Below are positions 24,630 through 36,016 of a DNA stretch of 64,000 nucleotides, piece after piece (positions within the stretch are counted from its first letter, which is position 1; each line of letters begins with the position of its first letter). Under the pieces are notes generated by a model. The model did no database searches, was not told where the DNA came from, and was given only the letters and a program-made list of their open reading frames with translations. This DNA is from Lophium mytilinum (taxonomy: Eukaryota), in NCBI GenBank assembly GCA_010093605.1, contig MU004186.1:327765-391764 (forward strand), read 5' to 3'. The position numbers were made by a program, and so were the translations under genes.

Positions 24630-25296
24630 CTGACGCCACAGAAATCCCAATAAGAATTTCGTTCCCTTAGAATCGCGTTTCAGCTAGTTTTGCTGTATGC
24701 ACCGACTTAATACCAAATTCTCAAAACCGGCTTTATGTTTGATCCCGGTGGTTCAGCTTACGGCCCTCAAAATCATCCCTTTCGAAGCAATTGCCACCTC
24801 GCCAACTTGAAGTTATTACGGTACGAACATTTTGGGCACACAGAGCACTGATTATCCATACGGTATATCGGTACATGGGCACTGCCGAAAGGTATTCATC
24901 CAGGTTCAACCCTCCTTGAAGTACCTCTAAGGAGTGAGCAGAGCTGATTATACCACAGCCGGTCTACTAGGCCTGATCATTCCGTGGTTACGGCTAAGCC
25001 ACGCATCGAGGAACGTGATTAAATTTACTCCCCCGTGGGCCGTAAGTTTTACCTGTTCACAAAGGGTCAACACACTCGTAAGTGAGCAGCGTTGGCCATT
25101 GATTACGTGAATGCCACGAACGATCTCTTCTACCTTGCTAGTGATAGATAGAAGCGTAAGTATGAGAAGCCAGAGGTACGTAATTAGGCTTCTCGTGCCT
25201 TGTCACGTGTTTGCTAGCGGCAAAGCTAATTCTGCATTCGGCAGATTCATAAGGTATATATTTGAGTTTATTTTTCTCATCAACAAATCAACACAT

Positions 25297-25517
25297 GGGT
25301 GGTCCAGTCGGTCGGCTGGGCTATTCCATAGTCTAGGGGAGTCTTTATGATGTCCGCCCATACCGTGTACGCTGCGGTGATCGCATCTTGGGGCCTAGAC
25401 ATCCCATAATCTGGGGGAGTCTTAATGATGTCCGCCCATACCGTGTACGCTGCGGTGATCGCACCTTGGGGCTCAGATTATGGGATAGGTTCGAATCTCG
25501 GACAACTCTTTTTTTTT
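25297..25517 (+). ncRNA. Candidate RNA polymerase III ncRNA with two tandem structured modules
   Basis: A-box-like TGGTCCAGTCGG (25300-25311), B-box GGTTCGAATC (25488-25497), T9 terminator (25509-25517), TATATA near 25255. Two 78-nt-spaced units share an identical 39-nt core. Confidence 0.6.
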
Positions 25518-26041
25518 GATATATTTGCTTCCCTTTCTTTGTCTTGTTGTCCGATCCGACACCTCCATTGAACCCACTCACTTCGCGGCGATCTCTAGTG
25601 GTCTTACTTTTCAATCAATACATCACTATGCACCCTTCCTTCATGAGTGGGAAGATAACTAAGATTCATCTCTTTTAGTTCCATCTAGAGCGCTACGACG
25701 ACTACTACACTACCGCATCACCCTCACTACTCTTTGGGATCTGACTTCACTTGGAGCTCCTTAAGTGAGAAGCAGTAGAGAAGTATACGGCTATAACGAG
25801 CCATTAATCGGACGTCATAACATCGAGTCTGCTTGGCACGGTATAGAGATGTTCCGCCCAGGCATTCACCAAAAGAGTCGCGCCACTTTAGCCCGCCACG
25901 TGCGTCTCTTTACGTCACATGTAAACAGTCAAAAAGTTTTCACTTACCGCTTGACTCACCGCAAGGAATTCATTCCTCGCGGGTCTGCCTCACAGAGCTG
26001 CATCCTCCATCCACGATCCTCACCACAGCAATACAGCCTCG

Positions 26042-28350
26042 ATGTCCGAGATAGTGTCTCCCGAAGCCCTTCGCAGGCAGATTGAAGCCCATGAGGCGAG
26101 CCATAGCTCCCTCTTCCAGAGGCGACAGGCGGCGATGCACACCTTTGATGAGCTCAACGAGCAGCTCGCTGAGTCTGACCGAATTAGAAAAGTGAGTAAC
26201 TCATCGTCTAAGGACGCCTCCTGTGGCTCTAAGCTGACGTTGATCTCTAGGAGCTATATCGTCAGTTAAGAATCGCAAACCAACCTATCCCCGCAGTGCA
26301 CACTACAAATCTGCCCCCAGCGGCCAATCAACAACCTCACAGCAGCGCAGTACTAGCTGTAGGACTTGGGAACTCGGCCCTCACTGGGATCACCGCACAA
26401 GAACGTGAGCTTCTGGAGACTGCGAAGCGACTAGAGAAATACCCAACGGTAGTCCGATGCGACGATGGCACTTGGCGCGAGCTACTGTGCAACGTCTGCA
26501 AGGGAAATTTGAAAAAGAATGAAGCAACGGGTGAAAAGACCTTCATCCGCGGAACGGAAGGATTTCAAGATCATCTATCCTTCATTCACGATACAAAATC
26601 AACGCGAGAAGAAATTCTCGTCCAGTGTCTCCACCGAAAATGGAGCGTTAACGAAATTCTGTCCGTAGTCCGCGGAGATCGAACTGCCCGTCGAGTACCT
26701 CGAGTGCATGGCAGGGTCTTCGATCCCTGGAGCCTCCCTGTACGCGCGCCCAACCCCAAAGAGACCGCCCAACTGAGTGGAATGGACACCTTGGCAAGCT
26801 TCGGTCTCCCCATGATTGTCCAAACGGATAAGAATACCTGGAGTGACCTGAGATGCGGGTGGTGTCAAGGGAATGCTCGGAACGCGGAGCAGAGCTCATC
26901 ATCCGAGGATCTAGTCTTCCTCAGAGGGGTTGAAGAATTACAAGGCCACATTCGACAAATTCATTGGGTGGACCTGTCGGAAGAGGAGATCTACATCCAA
27001 TGTCTTCATAGACGCTGGACTACTGGTGAAGTTCTCTCGGTGCTTCGGAAAGATGCCTGGGGATATCCTGATGTGGAACTGATTGAATGCTCTATGCAAA
27101 AGGAGCCCAGCAATGCAGTCTTACAGGGGAGAAACCATGGCCCTTCACTCACCTCTACTAGCAGTCTTCCTCGAACTGGATCCCCTTCAGCTCCCATTGG
27201 CCCTTCAGCGCTCCAAGCATCGGACACTGCGACCGCACGGCAAGCCATCAGAACTTCCATTTTATTCCAGATGGCTCCTGGAGCTTGGGACGACGACACC
27301 TCAGCTCCTCCTCGCTCTGTTGGGTCTAATTCCGCTCCTCGATCCAGACATGGCCCGTCTCCCCTTCGCCGCGCGTTTAGCCCGAATCCTGGTCCAAAGT
27401 CCTCTCGAGCTTCACAGAACGTTTTCAGGGCCTCCAATTCTGCCAGTCTACCTCCAGTAGCTCAATCACAGGATTCGACCGACCCGTTTGCCGCTGCCAC
27501 CGCGACCTACTATCAGGCCAATAACACGATTTCTCGACCAGCTGTAAATCCAGGAGTTTCTCAAAATCATACGGCTACTACTAATAGTGATTCTAATCTT
27601 TCTGCGGAGGTTCAAGGCGTTGCTGGTCCATCTAATACCGTCTCTCTCACTAGCGCTGCTCCGCTCAGCCAAACTGGTAGCACAGTCCCTCCGCCAGACT
27701 CCATGATGCAGGAGATACTTGCAGGGTTGACCCGTATGGCTAGGTTGGCCGTCGCCCAACTTGATGCGAACCCACCTTCACTTGCCGAGTCTGCTGCTGC
27801 TTCTGCCGGAGTCCCAGAAACCACCGAAGTCATCCAACTTGATACACATTCACCTGCACTTGCCGATTCTGCCGATGCTGCCCCGACAACCCCGGCATCC
27901 TCGGGATCCAATGGCCCAGCGGCCTCGATTCCCCGTATCGAAATCCCCGATTGGCTAGGCTGTGTAGGCCAGTGGGCGAGTGGCCAATACGTGGAACTTG
28001 CGTGTCCCCGTTGCAACGCCAATACGAAACTCTCTAAGCACCCTGAATACTTCCACAGGTCGCATGGATTCGCCTACCACTTGCGGGAGCACCATGGGGA
28101 ATATCTTCCAGAAGAGTTCAAGGGAAGGAGGGCGGACTGGATTCTAGAGTATTGTGGGAAGAGAGTCATTGCAGTCGATGAACTCGAAGAGGTCATCGCG
28201 GCAGGCCTGGAGGGGGCTCGAAGTAAGAGGTCCCGCCCCAGTCGCATATGAAGGTCTTACTAACGTTTGTTAGTTCCCCACGTGAAGCCGCCGGCCAAAG
28301 AACAACCTGAGCCTTCAAGGGCTCGGAAGCGCCGCAGGAAGGCATATTAG
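26042..28350 (+). CDS. Protein with three atypical C2H2-like zinc-binding repeats, N-terminal coiled coil and C-terminal basic NLS-like tail
   Basis: Introns 26192-26250 and ~28222-28272 join in frame. Repeats: ELLCNVCKGN..HLSFIH, DLRCGWCQGN..HIRQIH, ELACPRCNAN..HLREHH. Ends RARKRRRKAY*. Confidence 0.75.
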
Positions 28351-28507
28351 TTGTCAAGATGGTCAGGCTCAGGAGCCGTGAATTGGCGCGGAGGGTAGAT
28401 GACAATGTTCTGAAGGTGTATTTCAGGCCGGATTGTAAAACCTGTTAATTATAACATTGCGGAGTTAAGCCACCAGTAGCTTGCCTTCAGTACAGAAATT
28501 ACCAGGC

Positions 28508-29172
28508 CACATCGACTCAATTTTAAATGCAATGAAAACCCATGGTGACTTTATATGTCATAGCAGGCTACATTTCCACAGAGCCGGAAACAGACATGTT
28601 CGCTAACCTGTTTGCTAACACTGTATCAACGTCAGGCGTGGCCCAGTGTGGTTCCATACGATATGGAAAATGCAAGACCATATCAACTTAGTTTAAATGC
28701 AGTGAAAATCTGCAGTAACTTTAGATATTATAGCAGGCCATATTTTTACAGAGCTGGAAACGGACTTGTGTAATTAGTTGTTTTGCTAACACTATAGCAT
28801 CGTCTGGCGTGGCCCAGTGGGGTGCCAGACGATACGGAAAATTCAAAGCCCTATCGACTTAATTTCGAATGCAATGAAAAGCCATGGTGACTTTAGATAC
28901 CGAAGCAGGCTACATTTTCACAGAGCCGGAAACAGACTTGTTTGCTAATATATTTGCTAACATTCTACCACCGTCTAGCGTGGCTCGGTGTGGGTCCAGA
29001 CGATACGGGAAATGCAAGGCCATATTGACTCAATTTTAAATGCAATGAAAATCTATGGTGACTTCAGCTATTATAGCAGACTACAGTTCTACAGAGCCGG
29101 AATTAGGCCTGTTTACTAATCTGGTTGCTAACACTATATCACTGTCTGGCGTGGCCCAGCGTGGTTCCAGAT
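28508..29172. repeat. Tandem repeat, ~4 diverged copies of a 171-bp unit
   Basis: Unit starts at 28508, 28679, 28850 and 29021. Shared blocks include aatgcaRtgaaaa, acagagcYggaa, ttgctaaca and gcgtggcYc. Confidence 0.92.
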
Positions 29173-30997
29173 CTTAGACATAATATAATACTTAAGAGCC
29201 TTTAAATCGGGTGCTATGATGCTATGGTATGAAAATGAGGAAGAAAAACGACTGGAGTACTCCTCCCATAAATATAGGACTCCCCGGCTTCCATTCTTGA
29301 TCGACCTATACCACCGTAGGGGGTGTTTCAGCCAGCAGGTGTTCGACCAGGCAAAAGGCAGGCTAATATTAAGTGGGGCAGCTGTCGTGTCCTGAATGGC
29401 GTTCGATAATGGTGCCAGGGTATCCAACTACATCCGCAGAACCGTATCATACAAATCTATCCTGATTAGCAACGTGTAGCCAGCAAAACGAACGCCATTC
29501 AGCTTCAAAAGACACGAAGACTCAATCGCATCATCACGTGACCCTCAATATCCCAACCCAACCTAGACGGCAAGAAACTAAGACAAACGACTTACCAACT
29601 CGATCCTCTTCCAACACTCTACTTCATCTCCACCTCCACCTCCTCCGCCGTCGTCAGCTCCGCACTCGAATCAAGCCTATCCCATTCCCGTTAGCATCCA
29701 TTCCCCATCATCCATCCACTTCCCCCTGCACAGGTAAAAGCTCACCTCATCATCCCCCCCTCCCTTCTCTCCCGCCTCCTCTTCTCCCTCAACCTCCGCA
29801 ACGGCCGCTTCAGCTTCACAATCGCCCGCACGACATCCCACGTCGCGCCAACCCGCTTGGGCTCCTTGTCGCCACCGAGCTTATGCGGCGGCACGAACGA
29901 GTCGAATGTGTGGCCGCGGTCACACCCCGCAGACTTCCCATCGTCAACGGCGAGTGGGGAGTCGTGGCGGACCGCAGCAGGGGCAGTGCTAGCAGTGGAG
30001 TCGGACGTTGGCTGGGATGGCCTCGCCTTAGGGTCGCGGAAGGGGTTGTTAGAGGCGAGGCCGGGGCTGGGGTTAGGGTAGGGGGATGGGAGGCCGTAGC
30101 CTTTGAGCATTTTGGTGGTTGTTGGGGATGGGATCCTGGTGGCGATGGATGCGCGATCCGAGGTTGGCGGTGCGGAGCGGGAGTGCGGTCCTGGCTGGCG
30201 GTGTTGATGGTGGAGAGGGTTTATAGAAGATGGGACTGCATTGTAGGTAGATGTGGTAGTCCCATTTCACTTAGCTCTGCCAGGTGCGGCTGAGACATAT
30301 ATGGGTAGGGAGAGACAAGAAGGAGGGTTGCTGGCTGACTGGGCAGGTTCTAGGCTGAAGTCTGGCGGGAGGAGAGCGGGGCCGCGAGGCGATCCGAGCC
30401 GCGCTACCTGGAAGGTATGGGTGGTAGCGAGGCAGGAGGTGTTTGATTGGGTGGAATGGTCGTAGGTGAGATGGTGAGTTGGTATGTGGTGACGTGTGTA
30501 GGAGACGTGGATGGTGAGTATGCAAAATACTGGAGTAACTATGAATGCGGTTTTATCCAGACTGTTCATTTGCGTGTCAGTGCCGATCTCGGTGATGATC
30601 GACAGCGACGTAAAAAGCGGCGCGGTGAGTTGACAAAATGTTCATAAGGATAGGTTCGTACCATTTTAAGATCTTAAAAGCAGTGGGAAGGTCTTCATAC
30701 AATGGTAACCTACCATAGACAGGTTGGTCCTTTGAGTGCTGTAAGTTTTCTTATTGAATTAGTAATTATAAGTACATGAGCATGTCAGCTCTTGAACTCT
30801 TAGGTACCACCGAATGTGGGCTATGAGTGTGATCTAGCCCTTCCCAAAAAGAACTCCATATTCTACATCCGCATATTTAGTAACCTTGAAACCTCGACGT
30901 TACGCAGTCCCGAGAACATTTGGTCTAAAATCGATTCCAGACCACTTCCCTTCTCAAGCCTTCCGGCACTCCGCAGAAAGAACTCAATTTTCTTAGC

Positions 30998-31984
30998 CTA
31001 GACGCTTTGTTTCTTTCCCTTCCTCAACTTGAACGCCGATTGTCCTTTAGTAAGTTTTTTGCGAGTATGAGATTTGCCACTTACTCGAGTCTCCTCCTTC
31101 ATCTCCACCATGCCATCAAGCACGCTCCCTTTCAATATCTCTTCGCTTTCGAACTCATCCCCGGCCTTCGCAAGCGCATACGCATCCGGCTCGTCCGAGG
31201 TCGGCACAGGCAGAAGGAAATCATCGAAAGTCCTCCCCGGAACAACTCTCGGCTCCTCTGGGCTTGTCGTCTCCCACAACGGGGACGGTTTCCGCGGATT
31301 CGCCATCGGAATCGTCGCCACCATACTCGAGAGCGAAAGCGACGAAAGGGATCGGTTCGTTGGGCGGACAGGGCGCGTCCTCCTGACTTCTAGTGATGCA
31401 GGCCTAGCTGGTGACGACGAGCGACTTGCACGAGCTCGGTGTTCGCGTTCACGCTGTTCGAAGAATTGACGCTCACGCTCGCGCTCGAGGTCCTCCTGTA
31501 TCATCCACTGCTCCTTCAAGTCCTGGCTGCCGCTGCCTTTGAGCAGGAGGTCTGCATCTGTCCACTTCTTGACTCCGCCACCGCGTCGGAGCAATTCCCG
31601 CTCTGCTTCGGAGAGGGCGTGGGCATAGTAGCGCTTGCCTGGTTTATGCTTGATAGGGGATCGAGGTGTATGATCAGGCTCTTCATAGACTTCGGAATCG
31701 GAGTCGTTGTTGTTGCCTTGGTTGACGGAGATCCTAGAGTCTGGGAGCGGGGGCTGCGAGTACATGGAGATTGGCGGGGACAGTCGGGAGGATGTTATTG
31801 GGATGTAAGACGGGAGGGCGCCTGTGGGCTCTGTAATCGGGGCTTCATCGACGTTATCGATATTTAGCATGAACTTGACGGCTTTGGATTCGGGGTCGCT
31901 TGGTGAGCTGTCCTCTGAGGACGGCAGGAACGTCTGGGAGGGACTGCGTAGCATAGCAGCAAGCTTGCGGCGGGTTGATTGCAT
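30998..31984 (-). CDS. Hypothetical protein (328 aa, disordered)
   Basis: Long intronless ORF with ATG; charged and Ser/Pro-rich, Lys-rich C-terminus. Confidence 0.65.
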   Translation of the reverse strand: MQSTRRKLAAMLRSPSQTFLPSSEDSSPSDPESKAVKFMLNIDNVDEAPITEPTGALPSYIPITSSRLSPPISMYSQPPLPDSRISVNQGNNNDSDSEVYEEPDHTPRSPIKHKPGKRYYAHALSEAERELLRRGGGVKKWTDADLLLKGSGSQDLKEQWMIQEDLERERERQFFEQREREHRARASRSSSPARPASLEVRRTRPVRPTNRSLSSLSLSSMVATIPMANPRKPSPLWETTSPEEPRVVPGRTFDDFLLPVPTSDEPDAYALAKAGDEFESEEILKGSVLDGMVEMKEETRVSGKSHTRKKLTKGQSAFKLRKGKKQSV

Positions 31985-32911
31985 TAGGAGATGTAGTTTA
32001 TCACATATTAGGTCGAGGTGAATGGGGTTGTGGTGAAGAAAGGTAGGTTGGTGAGGTGCAAAGCCGCTGATAAAATGTCAACAAAAGGCGACGACCTGGC
32101 CCGGTTTCACTACTGACTGCGATACCAGCGCCTGAGGCACCCTGATGAGTTTATCGAGCATTCACAATGACTACTGTGATTCTGGCATCGGAGATCAATG
32201 ACATATCGAATGGAGCATGGCGCGGCGGCAGAGGAGTATATGATTTGTACGTAGCATCTCGTCATACCGTGGTGAATTCCTGCGAGGGGTCATTTCAATG
32301 CATGCACACCCTCGGATTGCTGGTAGGCTTAGTCTTTGCTTAGAGTTCGGATCTCTTTGTGTCTTTCCCCGCTCATGGCTCGAGCACGGGATTTGGCAAC
32401 AATGGCCGGCGCTGCCCGAGGCAGCTCAATGAGGTTATCGACCAGACAAGAGGATTGTTGTAAGTCTCAAGCTAGATTTTCAGAAGGCGCCAAATGGCTC
32501 AGATGAGAGTGCATCAAGTTGTGTCCTGGTGTTGCACCGGCAAAGACGAAACGTGCCTTCGGAGTATGGCTCGAACCGCGCGAGACTCAAGCTTTACCAC
32601 GTAAATTTCAATGTTCGTCACTCAAGCAGATCACGCGTATAGAATCGGTAATGTTCATTCTCATAGTCGCTATCAAGGGAATCATAGAAGTAGAGTTGAT
32701 GTTAAAGTATTCATTGAAGTAGGTGGCAGCGCCGCTTGAAGCATTCTATCGAGTAAGTGATACAGTCTCGGGCTTTGGAAAACACTATCATGATAGATTG
32801 GGCACATGGCTACCACATGACGAGCGCAAGGAAGAGGGAGAAGCTTAAAGCTATCTCACCGTTACCAAGTTGGATATGAAAGAGCAGAATGATCACGCTA
32901 GAAAAGCAAAG

Positions 32912-33829
32912 TTATTCACTTTTCCTACTTCCCGCGTCACTGCCGAAATCGCTCAGAGTTTTCTTGATACCTCTCGCAATCTGACTTAATGGCGAGAACG
33001 GGCTTACAATCGTGTCATCACTAAAAGCACTTACGGGCTGCTGATAGAGTGAGTTTAACGAACTATCAGTCGAGAGTGGACTAGCTGGGGGTTTTTTACC
33101 CTCTGGGCGAAACTTGAGGAGTTTCCCACGTTTATGAACTGAATGCGACGATGAAGGGGTATTGAGCTCTACTAGAGGTTTCTCCGTCTTGGCTTCCTGC
33201 TGCGCTTCATCCTGGATTTCTGATTTGGCCTCCTGTTTTCCAGGGGGATCAATCAGAGCCATGAACGTGGGATCACGAGATTCAAGTCGTTGTCCATACC
33301 TTGCTAGATAGGCCAACCTAGTGGCTAGTACTTCGTCCACCTTCCCATGTGTTCGCCATGTCGCAAAAGACGTCTCAGTCATATCGTCTTGATACCGAAC
33401 TCGATCAAACTCCATGTTGTCCTCCCAAGCGCGTTGGTTGTAGCGTTCCTGTCGGCCTGGTGGTAAATAGTTTGGAAAACGCTCCGAAGCGTATTCGGGA
33501 AGCTCATCAGGGTCGAATTCGGGATCTAGCCATCGAGGATCTGTTGCGCTGGGGACGTTCATGCTCCGCATTTTGACCTGGTTTACTATAAGCCTATGTT
33601 CTTGATCAGCCTCTTCAGACAATCTACCGTGTTTCTCCCGTAGCGACTCATCTATGCATGCTTGCTGGGCTTGTTCGTGCTGCCGTTTGAGAAAGGCAAA
33701 TTCCTCTCCAGGCAGCATGTTGGCGCGCGGAATATAGTCTTCAAATTCCACGCAGACGATTCCCAGTCCAATCGGCTGTGGGCTAGAAGGGCTGACAGGG
33801 TTGGACTTGAGGCTGTTGTGAGAGCTCAT
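32912..33829 (-). CDS. Hypothetical protein (305 aa)
   Basis: Long intronless ORF with ATG; no domain recognised. Confidence 0.65.
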   Translation of the reverse strand: MSSHNSLKSNPVSPSSPQPIGLGIVCVEFEDYIPRANMLPGEEFAFLKRQHEQAQQACIDESLREKHGRLSEEADQEHRLIVNQVKMRSMNVPSATDPRWLDPEFDPDELPEYASERFPNYLPPGRQERYNQRAWEDNMEFDRVRYQDDMTETSFATWRTHGKVDEVLATRLAYLARYGQRLESRDPTFMALIDPPGKQEAKSEIQDEAQQEAKTEKPLVELNTPSSSHSVHKRGKLLKFRPEGKKPPASPLSTDSSLNSLYQQPVSAFSDDTIVSPFSPLSQIARGIKKTLSDFGSDAGSRKSE

Positions 33830-34543
33830 CTTGACTCTGAAACTAGAAGGCTTGCTTTTTGAGTCTAGAATGCTTGCGTTCAGGTTCGGGAAAGTGCTTA
33901 TCGAAATCGATGAACTTCAATACCATGACCTGAAATCCATACTTATCTAGTTTCGATAGACCTCACAAAGCACATTATCATGTATGAATGGTGAAACAAT
34001 GTTTTTACAGTGATTGTATGCGATGGGAACATCCACATGCTTGTTTTCACTGGAATGCGCTTCAGTCGTCTTTCACGCGCAAACTGTACCAGTCACTGCC
34101 TTATCTTTGCCATAGGATCAAACCTGGTTGGATTTGGTCCCAGTAGTTCTCTACTTTATGCGCGTATTCCTTCGCACAGCCCGGGGGTACCATCCATCCG
34201 CTGGTAGGCTGTCAAAATGCATGTAAACTCGGGCGGATTCAAAAATATCTGTGAATCGTAAAACCTCTACTGACGATACTAACAAGCGTCTGCTTTAGGC
34301 GTTAAAGTTCTTTACATTGTCTGCGTATATTTTCGCATCGTTCAGAGGTACCATCCGGCCGGCGGTAGGCTGTCAAAACGATAACAGCTACAATATAGTT
34401 TAGGAGTAGTTGCAATTCAATGCCATGGCAGATGTCTACGATTGAGTCTATTGAACTACCGAATGATGCAACACATGCAATGCTAATCTAGAACTAAAGG
34501 CACCGGATGCTTTGCGTTCGGGCCTGGTAGAGTCCTCTATGCT

Positions 34544-35143
34544 TCAAAAGAAACCAGGGGATCTTGTAATGATATTCTTCAAGCTTCGGAAGAATCTCAA
34601 GAACCACTTCTGCTTTTTTGCTTCCGCATATCTAGCTCCGCTTCGATCTAGTACACTTGAACGATCGCTATCAGAGCTATTATCCTCACTGCCTCGTGAG
34701 CTCGGCGAAGAGCTCCAGCTGCTCTTTGGGTAGTACTCGAAGTCCCCTTCATCAATATACGGGAGCCCCAACGCGACTGCGGAGTCCATTTCAAACGCCT
34801 GGTCGTCAAGTATATGCCGTGGACTTCGAATCCGTTCCGTGTAGAAATCCATGTTGCGGTCGCTCAAATGAGGAAGGTAGTACTTGAATTTGATGTCGTC
34901 GCCTTCGCCTTTCGACGACTTTGGGCTATCTTGGAGCTGCGGCATCAGGACGTGTGAGCGGGAGCAGCCGCACGGAAGGATCTGCTTACTCGGGTGCTTG
35001 GAGATGTAGGGACTTGCGGCCGACGGCGAGTAGAATTGGTGCGCAGAACGGCTGTGGGTGGGTTTATAAGGTTGTTCGTCTTCGATGTTTGACAGATCTG
35101 AGGCGCTTGGTCTTCGAAGGAAGTCGATCGAGTCTAAGAGCAT
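34544..35143 (-). CDS. Hypothetical protein (~199 aa)
   Basis: Open frame; likely start MLLDSIDF; C-terminal basic amphipathic KKQKWFLRFFRSLKNII. Confidence 0.5.
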   Translation of the reverse strand: MLLDSIDFLRRPSASDLSNIEDEQPYKPTHSRSAHQFYSPSAASPYISKHPSKQILPCGCSRSHVLMPQLQDSPKSSKGEGDDIKFKYYLPHLSDRNMDFYTERIRSPRHILDDQAFEMDSAVALGLPYIDEGDFEYYPKSSWSSSPSSRGSEDNSSDSDRSSVLDRSGARYAEAKKQKWFLRFFRSLKNIITRSPGFF

Positions 35144-36016
35144 GCTTATAGCAGTAAAGAGGCCTGCTAGTTCCTGAAGAATGGAAGGATTGGTTTGGTA
35201 ATGACGGGTTTGTAATAACTCAATGACGGAAAGGTAAAGGAAGGTGCTGTGGCGAGAAGACCCGTTCGATAAAGGTGCGACTGCGTGATCATATATGTTA
35301 GGCAAAGGGCTATTACAATAGTCTAAGAGTTCAAGCACCGAGGTTAATGAATAGAGACAAAGAAGAAAACTTTCGACAAGTCCTACACAAAGGAGGACGG
35401 TGCTAGGGTAGTGCTATTAGTGTTCGCCACCTCTTTGTTCGAAAAGTCAGGCGGCCACGCCTGAAATGGCAAACAAGGCAGGAAGTCCTTCATTACCAAC
35501 CAATAAATGATGACATTCGCTCCGCCTCACGTAGCTACTTTGCGTCTTTGCGGCTCTGCAGTCAGGTCGATCTTCTTTCGGGGTTTCGCAATGACTAGGG
35601 GTTCCCATCACACGCTCCAATTCACGTAGCTGACCAGAAAATACAAAGTATGTCGAGCCTAGTCAAACAGAACTATGACCGAGGTTATGGATAGGTCACA
35701 AAAATATCTGATTTGCACGCTTCTGGATCATGCATTTGGCCTAGAGATTGAGAGTAAGTCAGGGCTCCTCTGAGGGCCGCTTCATCGCTGAGTAAGGGCA
35801 CATACAGCAAGCACCTGTTTCGAGGGCTCTCAATTATTCTATCATAATCAAGCCCGAGATCTGGAACTACGCTGGGTCACCCCAGACAATTGAAATGTGG
35901 TTCTAAATGAATCAATGAACGAGTCTGAATGCGGCTCCCTTAGGAAGAGCCGGTTGGTGAGCGGAGGGGCTTTCTATACAAGACCAACTGCCACTTCTCA
36001 CGCTCTCCCCTTACAT

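Noticed and set aside
25297..25510. tRNA gene with a long intron
   Set aside because: A and B boxes are present, but acceptor and T stems do not pair; kept as an unknown ncRNA candidate.
28508..29172. CRISPR-like array
   Set aside because: Whole units are homologous with no unique spacers; eukaryotic context and no cas genes.
34186..34380. Two copies of ggtaccatcc...ggtaggctgtcaaaa about 160 bp apart
   Set aside because: Short local duplication with no further evidence of function.
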